Part shown: in pieces, positions 46,703 to 53,581 of the stretch
How positions within the stretch are numbered: position 1 is the stretch's first letter
How the letters are laid out: each line of letters begins with the position of its first letter
Source: a bacterium
GTDB taxonomy: Bacteria; Verrucomicrobiota; Kiritimatiellia; CAIKKV01; CAITUY01
Direction of reading: 5' to 3'
DNA: 53,581 bases
NCBI GenBank assembly: GCA_037134355.1
Contig: JBAXMJ010000005.1
Coordinates: forward strand, 1-53,581
Made by a program: the position numbers and the translations under genes
The notes under the pieces: generated by a model
The model's input: only the letters and a program-made list of their open reading frames with translations
Told to the model about the DNA's origin: nothing
The model's database searches: none

Positions 46703-47872
46703 TCACCCAACCGGCTTGGGCAGGAAAATTTCCTGGAAGAAGTTGCGGGCGTACCGGTCGGTCATTAGGGACATGTGATCGATGACGATCTGGGAGAGGG
46801 ACGGGCGATCGCGCTTTCCGTACATCTTCTCAATAAAGTGATGAACTTCCCGAACGGCCAGGGGGTCCTTGTCCAGCACCACACCCCACTGGTTCTGACG
46901 CCGTGATGACAATTCCCTCTGCTCAAAATCAAATATTGTTGTCAGCATGTTCTCGGCACGAATCGCATATTCGTTGAGCAACGGGTGAAAATAGATGTTC
47001 TTGCAGTTATAGGCATACAGTTGCCTGAACGCCTCAAAAACATCATCAGAAAACCCGATCTGGTCCGGTGTCTTGAGATTGGTGCGGATCATATCCGTAA
47101 CCAGATTATTAATAATCGTGCGGTTATCCTCCCCCAATACCTTGATCACGGCCTTGGGAAGAGAAGGCATTTTTCCGAAAACACTCAAGGCATCCTCATA
47201 ATCCCGCCCCGAATAGGCGATTCGGTCCGCCAACCTGACCACACAGCCCTCCATCGTAAGAGGAACCACCCCGCGACGGCGGATCTTTCCCAAGGCTGGC
47301 CCCGGCTTGGCTCGGGGGGTAAGGGTTTGTTCCGTACTTTCCCCGCAATGACAGACAATGCCGTCCCGGACTTCATACGTCAGATTCAGCCCCCGCTCCT
47401 CTGTGGAGGGACGGAACGCCAGTTGATCCACGACGCGAAGACTGTGGAGCTCATGGGAAAATGACTGGGAAGAATCGTTCCGCTTCCACAGTTTATCCAA
47501 CACGGTTTCGCCAGCATGCCCGAAGGGGCCATGGCCTAGGTCATGACCCAGGGCAATGGCGTAGGCCAGATCCTGGTTCAATCCAAGGGCCCTGGCGACG
47601 GTCTGGGCGATCGAGGCCATGTAGAGGGAATGGTCAACCCGGGTGGACACATGGTCACTTTCAGGGGAAAAAATGACCTGGGTCTTGTAGCGCAACCGGC
47701 GAAAGGCGGTACAATGCAGAATCCGGTGGGCATCCCGCTGAAAACACAACCGAATCGGGTCTTCCGACTCCTTCCGTTCACGGCCACGACTGGTTGAGCT
47801 CGGGGTGGCCAGGGGATGATCCAGGATTTTATCTTCACGATCCTGGGCGAGTTCTCTAAGCGTCTTTGTCAT
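46703..47872 (-). CDS. dgt: dGTP triphosphohydrolase-like HD protein
   Basis: FQRD..RILH..AFRRL..KTQV, TR..HS, GHDLGH.PFGHAGE, GLNLT.EV.DG, ADRIAY, MTDRYA. Confidence 0.92.
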   Translation of the reverse strand: MTKTLRELAQDREDKILDHPLATPSSTSRGRERKESEDPIRLCFQRDAHRILHCTAFRRLRYKTQVIFSPESDHVSTRVDHSLYMASIAQTVARALGLNQDLAYAIALGHDLGHGPFGHAGETVLDKLWKRNDSSQSFSHELHSLRVVDQLAFRPSTEERGLNLTYEVRDGIVCHCGESTEQTLTPRAKPGPALGKIRRRGVVPLTMEGCVVRLADRIAYSGRDYEDALSVFGKMPSLPKAVIKVLGEDNRTIINNLVTDMIRTNLKTPDQIGFSDDVFEAFRQLYAYNCKNIYFHPLLNEYAIRAENMLTTIFDFEQRELSSRRQNQWGVVLDKDPLAVREVHHFIEKMYGKRDRPSLSQIVIDHMSLMTDRYARNFFQEIFLPKPVG

Positions 47873-47915
47873 GGCGCATTTCTATATCAACCCCAACCCC
47901 GCCCGTCCAGAGCGA

Positions 47916-48240
47916 TCAATTAGTGTGACCAAGCTTTTTCGGGCTCCCGGCTCGCAGTCTCTTAAAGTTTCTGGCCGAAACAACCGGTTTTCCGGTCTGG
48001 GCCTCGATATCCTTACGCGTCCGCCCCGCGACTGCTCCACCGTCATGGGCATCCTTTTTTAGCGGCACCAACCCTTGTGTATCCCGATCACGGTGCAGTT
48101 CGGTGGTGGTTGCCTCCGCCAGCATGGCCGGAAATCGTTGAAGCGTTGCTTGCCATCAGGAGCGATTATTTTCAATTGTCCGATTTTTTCGGACACTTCA
48201 AAATATCCTTCAACTAGATCTTCTTTTTCAGGTCATTCCG
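47916..48240 (-). pseudogene. Bro-N/antirepressor-like gene remnant (frameshifted, internally deleted)
   Basis: The N-region NDLKKK/VEGYFEVSEKIGQLKIIAPDGKQR lies out of frame directly before the C-region MLAEATTTE....D.QG....K.A..GG.VAG..RK.IE..TGK.VVS..NF. Confidence 0.65.
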
Positions 48241-48278
48241 TTCATCAAAATAGAACCACTGGATATATCCCACGCCTG

Positions 48279-48470
48279 TTATTTGTTTGCACACATTGAA
48301 TTGGTTAGACCAATTGGATACATCTTTTCCTCATACAACTCTACAAGCTTGCCCCACCGTTCCAATTCAGCCTCCTGCGGTGAACCCGCCTCGGCATCCA
48401 TCAAGACAGAAACACGAGCCAAAGCGGCTTCGTATTCTGCCTCGTTCCGAATTGCCTTGGGATACATCAT
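48279..48470 (-). CDS. HigA-like antitoxin N-terminal module without HTH (short or truncated)
   Basis: PKAIRNEAEYEAAL.R...LMDA..GSP...ELE....LVE.YE...YPI; GGAGG RBS. Confidence 0.65.
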   Translation of the reverse strand: MMYPKAIRNEAEYEAALARVSVLMDAEAGSPQEAELERWGKLVELYEEKMYPIGLTNSMCANK

Positions 48471-48497
48471 GAAACCTCCACAGCAAAGAGACCGCCA

Positions 48498-49310
48498 TCA
48501 CACATCAAGACCAGCTTTGTTGGGCCGATGAAGCCCAATGACCTGCTTGATACTGTCTTTCCACTTGATCAGGGGATCTTTTCGATGGCGATGGTACAGC
48601 GCTCGAATATTGTCGTCCGACTGGATGGCAATAAGTTCTTCGGCACGCCTCAAGGCCGTTGCGTCACCCGGGCAGTTGAACGGAATGATCTGGCGAAGCC
48701 TGTTCGCCTTTCCCAACCAGATGGAGTCCGTCACATAAGGCCGAACATCCGTGATAACATCGTCAATGGCACCATCCAACATTGGCTCACAAGACACGCT
48801 GGTCTCGAAGCCCTGCTTATAGGCGTATTTCAAGCTTTCCAGGCGATCACGGTAAGCGGGAGCGCCCGGCTCCCAAAAGCCCAGCACCTCATCGTTCACC
48901 GATCCGATAGAATAGCGGAGCACGATCTGCTCCTTGTAGCGCGCCAATTCCGAACACAGCCGCTCCACGCATACCGGCCGGGGTTTGGAAACAATCAAGA
49001 GATCGTTTCCGACGGCCAGCATCTTCTTCAGCACCAATAGACAGGCATCGATATTGGTCTCTGTAATATCATGTGCCGTAGGAAACATAATCCGACCAGT
49101 CCGTCGCGAAAATCCCTTATCAAGGTTATGTGGTCGGATTTTAGTTTTCTTCCACGACACTGCCGTCATTCGCTTGAAGCGGAGCGCCATGGACTTTGCA
49201 TAGCAATACCGGCAATCGTGTTCACATCCATCCTGAATGTTCACATTGCTGGCCGCCCATTCCTGGGTGCCATGCGGGACTGGATGCGTCTCACTTGATA
49301 TAGTAATCAC
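48498..49310 (-). CDS. Radical SAM-like protein (DUF5131/SPL-like), function unknown
   Basis: N...GCEHDCRYCYA near the N-terminus, MFPT.HD, LIVSKP, SVSCEPML. Confidence 0.75.
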   Translation of the reverse strand: MITISSETHPVPHGTQEWAASNVNIQDGCEHDCRYCYAKSMALRFKRMTAVSWKKTKIRPHNLDKGFSRRTGRIMFPTAHDITETNIDACLLVLKKMLAVGNDLLIVSKPRPVCVERLCSELARYKEQIVLRYSIGSVNDEVLGFWEPGAPAYRDRLESLKYAYKQGFETSVSCEPMLDGAIDDVITDVRPYVTDSIWLGKANRLRQIIPFNCPGDATALRRAEELIAIQSDDNIRALYHRHRKDPLIKWKDSIKQVIGLHRPNKAGLDV

Positions 49311-49744
49311 GCAGGGATCATCTTCTTATGAACTTCATCCACACGGGGACTCAGGCGAACACCGTTCCAGATTCGTTCCAGTACATCCTGCGGCAAATCC
49401 TGATGATGCCGCAAATCCCCAGCAGTGAATTTCTGAACCAATTCATCCACGCCTAATTCAAATACCTGATTGCAGTCAAAGACAGTTTCTTTCGAGAAGT
49501 CGGCATAGGTGCCTGGATCAACAACCACAAGCGTTGCGGGAGGAAAACTCCGTCGTCGTTCCCTCACCTTTTCAACTTGGGAGGACCCCACAGCCATAAT
49601 CAGCACCTTACTTGATTGTGGGTCAGCGTTGATAATCGCGAAGAAATGAGGTTCACCTGATGAAAGTTTCCGGTGCTCGAAGTAGTACACCGTTCCAGGC
49701 CGAAGTGTCAGACGAAGCGCGAAAGGCAAGCCAAGCGTTGTCAT
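49307..49744 (-). CDS. Hypothetical protein, possible PemK/MazF-like toxin (start 49744)
   Basis: PGTVYYF...HFFAIIN......IMAVGSS...FSKETVFDCNQV beta-rich pattern; directly downstream of the Panacea gene; GAGG RBS. Confidence 0.55.
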   Translation of the reverse strand: MTTLGLPFALRLTLRPGTVYYFEHRKLSSGEPHFFAIINADPQSSKVLIMAVGSSQVEKVRERRRSFPPATLVVVDPGTYADFSKETVFDCNQVFELGVDELVQKFTAGDLRHHQDLPQDVLERIWNGVRLSPRVDEVHKKMIPA

Positions 49745-49749
49745 CCACC

Positions 49750-50349
49750 TCAACTCCAGAGTTCGTGGATGGCACACAGTTCCTGCAGTTCTTCACGCCG
49801 GACAGACCGTCCTTGTTCGTCCAAAGGATAACATGGCTCAATTCCGGTGGCAGGGTCGTCCAGAAAATCATCATAGCTCATTTTGGCCCGTGAGCAGGTT
49901 TCGCTACCAAGTGTAGCCTCATGTCGTTTCCATTCAGGATATTGATGCGTCAAGTCAGCCAGGGCAAACTCGTCCAGTGCGCCAAACGACTTCCAAGCGA
50001 AGGAGACCGCCTCTAAATCCGTCTGCGAGAACACGATATCATCAACCTCGTTAACCGAGGAATATTCATACCGGTTGACAGAATTCAGGTACTGGCCGGC
50101 ATAGGCTTTTTCGACATCGGGCCGAAAATCGCTTCCTTCGACCAAATCTTTCCCGCCAGAGGGGACCGGCCCGTAATTCATCGCAAAGTATTCGTCGTTG
50201 GTAATTGGACGCCCATACTTGCGCAAATGGAATCGATCGGCAAAGAAGAGCAACTTTAGCGCCTTCATCTTATTGATATGCCCACCACTTTGCCGGGCGA
50301 AATAATTCAAAGCCTGCGTGGCTTTCTTATAGGAAAAACTCATTGCCAT
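49750..50349 (-). CDS. Panacea (DUF4065/SocA-like) antitoxin
   Basis: KA.KLLFFADR.HL..YGRPIT.D.Y.AM.YGPVPS, L..LTH.YPEW. Confidence 0.88.
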   Translation of the reverse strand: MAMSFSYKKATQALNYFARQSGGHINKMKALKLLFFADRFHLRKYGRPITNDEYFAMNYGPVPSGGKDLVEGSDFRPDVEKAYAGQYLNSVNRYEYSSVNEVDDIVFSQTDLEAVSFAWKSFGALDEFALADLTHQYPEWKRHEATLGSETCSRAKMSYDDFLDDPATGIEPCYPLDEQGRSVRREELQELCAIHELWS

Positions 50350-50403
50350 ATCAAAAACCTATCATATTCACTCGAACGGGCACCAGACTCAAATAACAAC
50401 AAG

Positions 50404-50432
50404 ATTCTGCACGATACGATCTGTCCCGTCAA
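50404..50432 (-). promoter_or_regulatory. Putative sigma70 promoter upstream of the Panacea operon
   Basis: TTGACG-17 bp-CAGAAT on the minus strand. Confidence 0.5.
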
Positions 50433-50540
50433 TATGCGGCGACTCTGATATTTGCATCAGCGAAACCGTTACTGTCTCGTTTATTGATCGTCGAAAAGCC
50501 GCATCGCTGATACCTGTCCAAGGTTTTGTGATCAGCCCAG

Positions 50541-51239
50541 CTACTTCCGCAATTTGTCAATTACGACCCAATCACCAGGGGCGCGCTCATACTGCCAGAA
50601 GGTCCAGCCGTTACAGGTTCGCCGTTTGCACGCGAGTGCGGCGGCCATGGACGGGGAAGTATAGACTTTGCCGTCAAAACGAACGGTTCCGTCACGACGA
50701 ACACGGGCGGTGAGGATTTCGCCCTTGAATCTGGCGCGTAGCAACATGGGAGTGGAGATGTATTCCGCGAGAGCAGGGGTGCGACCATTATGCTCTGCTT
50801 CAACGGGAGGTTCGGGCTTTTTTTCTTTCCGACTACCGCCAAACAGGCCATCCATCTCCGACAGAACGCATTTCTTGATATCCCGGCGGAACCTCCGGCG
50901 CAGGTCCTCCGATTTCGCAAACTTCCCCTTCTGCTTGTTGCCCGAGGGTTTGACTGTCCGCAACATCAAGGCCTCAAGTTCTCGCAGGTGATTGTCGCCG
51001 ACAGTCAGGTAGACCGAGAATTGGTCCCATGACCCGCCATGCCGATCCTTGAGATGTTGTTTCAGGCGATTCCGGAGGTTGGTCGCCAGCCCGACATAGT
51101 AAAGCTTCCCCCGGCGATATAACGCATAGATCCCCTGCCGCCCCCGCGCATACTGCCCGATAATATCCTGATGCCGCTCCAACGCCTGCCGGGAGATGTT
51201 CTCCAAGTGTCGACAAACTAACTGCGTGCGTCTTTTCAT
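50541..51239 (-). CDS. GIY-YIG nuclease domain fused to a C-terminal RAMA (DUF4357-like) domain
   Basis: GIYALY....LYYVG.A.NL..RL..H...E; C-terminal A.V..DG.V.FDG..Y.SPS.AA.......NGW.FW. Confidence 0.8.
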   Translation of the reverse strand: MKRRTQLVCRHLENISRQALERHQDIIGQYARGRQGIYALYRRGKLYYVGLATNLRNRLKQHLKDRHGGSWDQFSVYLTVGDNHLRELEALMLRTVKPSGNKQKGKFAKSEDLRRRFRRDIKKCVLSEMDGLFGGSRKEKKPEPPVEAEHNGRTPALAEYISTPMLLRARFKGEILTARVRRDGTVRFDGKVYTSPSMAAALACKRRTCNGWTFWQYERAPGDWVVIDKLRK

Positions 51240-51281
51240 TAGTCTTCTCCCTGTTGTTGGCTCCCCGTCCAGGCGGAAGCC

Positions 51282-51941
51282 TCATCCAGCTTCGTTTCCA
51301 GAATATATTGCAATATCCCTCCACATAGGGGTAACAATCAAGCCGCCATCTTTATCACCATATGTCTCAAATTTGCCAGCACTCACGGATCGCGCGGCCA
51401 CCGCGCAAAGTGCAGCGTCAACATAGTCGATATTCGAAAGCAAACTGATATCTATGCCGTGTTCCAGCAGGACTTTCCGCCGATTCACGCACTTCTTCCG
51501 TGCCGGTAATATTCGCCCGGAAAGGGCACAGGCGACCGCCTGCGGGAATGTCTCAAGGCAAAACTTACCTTTGTTATCTCGCCCGTCGAAAAGCCGAAAG
51601 GTCTTTTGCAACTGACCATACAGATTTTCTCCGTTCAGCATCCATTGATAGAATGGGTTGCTTTCGGCCTTCTCTCGCTTTGGGGTAGCAAACGTGGAGA
51701 TTTTACGTGAATGAGCGAGTTTACGCTCCGCCGGACGCGCGTGCCCTGTGAGACTCCATCGACATGGCGCATCAACAGCTACAATGGTGCACCCAAGCAG
51801 AAGACACCATTCGGTCATTTCCGTGGCATTGAGAGCCGATTTACGCGCCAATACTTGCCCGCCAAATAGGGCTACCGCATGGAACCCCTTTTTAGGGCCA
51901 CCGACATCAATGCCAACGACAATATCTTTAAGTCTCTGCAT
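51282..51941 (-). CDS. DUF429 predicted RNase H-fold nuclease
   Basis: VGIDVGG, VAVDAP, R.AE, ETFP, DAALCA, G....G.I..P. Confidence 0.82.
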   Translation of the reverse strand: MQRLKDIVVGIDVGGPKKGFHAVALFGGQVLARKSALNATEMTEWCLLLGCTIVAVDAPCRWSLTGHARPAERKLAHSRKISTFATPKREKAESNPFYQWMLNGENLYGQLQKTFRLFDGRDNKGKFCLETFPQAVACALSGRILPARKKCVNRRKVLLEHGIDISLLSNIDYVDAALCAVAARSVSAGKFETYGDKDGGLIVTPMWRDIAIYSGNEAG

Positions 51942-52014
51942 GTAAATCCTTCACACGCTCATCATTATGCCCCTCAGTTGAGAAAAAATTTGAAATCTGA
52001 ACAGCGACCTATGT

Positions 52015-52860
52015 TTAGTCCGTTTTCTTCTCCACTGTAATCCCCAGCTCATCATAAACAGCCTGCGGTGGCTGAACGAAGGTCCACTTAACGTTCGTTC
52101 GCGTCCTTTGCTTTGTCTCCTCTTTAGCAGTCATGAAGACCATTCGTGCGGATGGATTACGCTGCCGAACCTCTTGGGTAAGAGCCCAGTAGAATGCATC
52201 GATATCAACTAGTTCAGGATAGAAGCACCTTGCCATAAAACTACCGTAATCACGCCGCAGGCGGTGATAATATTCTTCCGTGAGACTGATGAGATCCAGC
52301 TGGCCCTTGTCAGCAGAAAGCTTTGATCGTTTCCAGCCGTTATAATCTCGAACAAGGGATGAAGCTTCATGCGTGATGGAAATCCGTATAGAGTGGATAT
52401 CCTCACTGCGATTGAAATTACCGATTGGCAGCGCAACGTGCTGAGCATAATTCCGGAAATCCAAAAAAAACGACACAGCCCATGAATTCTCACAAAACTG
52501 ACGAAAAAATGACTCATACTCTTTGAGCTTGTCGTTATTCTTTCTATATCGCTGACGATATGACACTTCAAAATGCTCTATCACACCATATGCCGAAGCC
52601 AAAAAGTTAAACAGCAGGCGGTCTAGCACCAGATGACAGTCATCTTTTCGTGGCCCTGCGGACAGGAGTTCTCTCTGGTACTTCACCCAATCGTTATAGT
52701 TAAATTCAAGAATATGAAATAATTTAAATCGCCCCCGCGCCTCAGAGAAAATTGGCGTGGCCCTCTTATCGAAGACAATTTCTTGCTCGGTTAACGGACG
52801 GATCTCGGAGAAGTTGTTTCGCGCACCATCCCATGCCACAAGTTGAATATCGTGCTCCAT
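52015..52860 (-). CDS. Hypothetical helical protein with a HEPN-like RxxxxH motif
   Basis: NFLAS...IEH ... FRNYAQH; visibly more AT-rich than the central block. Confidence 0.6.
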   Translation of the reverse strand: MEHDIQLVAWDGARNNFSEIRPLTEQEIVFDKRATPIFSEARGRFKLFHILEFNYNDWVKYQRELLSAGPRKDDCHLVLDRLLFNFLASAYGVIEHFEVSYRQRYRKNNDKLKEYESFFRQFCENSWAVSFFLDFRNYAQHVALPIGNFNRSEDIHSIRISITHEASSLVRDYNGWKRSKLSADKGQLDLISLTEEYYHRLRRDYGSFMARCFYPELVDIDAFYWALTQEVRQRNPSARMVFMTAKEETKQRTRTNVKWTFVQPPQAVYDELGITVEKKTD

Positions 52861-52932
52861 AATTAGTTACTCCGGACTTGCAAGCAGATGCACTTTAAGA
52901 TCGTTCGCTGAAATAAACTCCTGCCGCAAAGA

Positions 52933-53581
52933 TCAACCATCACTTTCCTCGCCTTTGGACTCCTGGACCGCTGGACTGAATTCTTCAACCGTTCGCTTCC
53001 ACCACTCCGGAATTTGAACCGGGGCACCTATTTTCTGTAATCGATCCGGCAATCCTCTCAAGTAGCCGATTGCCTGTGGATTCAACGGACGTGATGTCGC
53101 AGCAGCCCAGATTGCTGATCTCAACACATCATCTTTGAGCAACAACTGGATGGCTTGCCCCTCTCCATAGTTGGCCTCTTTCTCAAGTTTGTAGTCGAAC
53201 CAACGGAGCATTTCATATGCATTTTGGTGAACGTTTAAGTCTTCATTCGCTTCTGCTAAAACCTTTAATACCTCTTCACGAAGGCCACCCCATAATGGGC
53301 CCTTCGCATCCAAAAGCAAACGGCCAAGCTCGAAACTTCCATCTGCCCCCTGATAAACTTGAACAATGAAGCCTTGCTCATGGAAACGAGATAGAATTTG
53401 CATCGCATATCTCGGAATCACAATCTTGCCGAGTTGCACGCAGAGATCCTTGATAAGCTTGTTTCCAAAATGGATACCAAATGAATCCGACAAGGGCTTC
53501 AAGATGCGAACCAGAGGCGTTACGTCTGGGCGTGTAAATTTGTTTCTGTAAATTGAGTTGAGCTTGAAAAGGCGGGTCAAA
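52933..53581 (-). CDS. C-terminal part of a hypothetical protein (5' end outside the window)
   Basis: Frame is open to the right edge; no recognisable motif. Confidence 0.7.
   Translation of the reverse strand, partial: LTRLFKLNSIYRNKFTRPDVTPLVRILKPLSDSFGIHFGNKLIKDLCVQLGKIVIPRYAMQILSRFHEQGFIVQVYQGADGSFELGRLLLDAKGPLWGGLREEVLKVLAEANEDLNVHQNAYEMLRWFDYKLEKEANYGEGQAIQLLLKDDVLRSAIWAAATSRPLNPQAIGYLRGLPDRLQKIGAPVQIPEWWKRTVEEFSPAVQESKGEESDG

Noticed and set aside
47916-53581. Prophage
   Set aside because: There is a Bro-N remnant and a DUF5131-like protein, but no integrase, structural, terminase or replication genes are visible.

Overview
Bacterial window, probably from an anaerobe; the PVC-type REP-like repeats and GH29/DUF5703 sugar genes suggest a Kiritimatiellae/Lentisphaerae-like host (inference). 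Four blocks. (1) 1-6.4 kb: end of an IS4-family element with a divergent DUF6788-like passenger, two glycoside hydrolases, a REP-like hairpin and decayed gene fragments. (2) 6.5-43.2 kb: an anaerobic energy-conservation cluster with Moco biosynthesis genes, a Cys-type formate dehydrogenase with HydBC/NuoEF-like subunits carrying electron-bifurcation signatures, a core-MetE-like protein, a TA pair, part of the Ahb heme pathway, a headless complex I with four antiporter-like subunits (Nuo-Mrp chimera), a polyprenyl synthase and a complete echABCDEF hydrogenase. Palindromic short-unit repeat arrays sit at both ends. (3) 43.3-47.9 kb: bioB, an ATP-cone kinase, a PfkB kinase with an in-frame palindromic repeat insertion, and a dGTPase. 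(4) 47.9 kb to the end: a defence-like island with Panacea antitoxin, PemK-like protein, radical SAM, GIY-YIG-RAMA, DUF429 and HEPN-like genes. No rRNA, tRNA or CRISPR array was seen. All family calls come from motif recognition by eye, not database searches.
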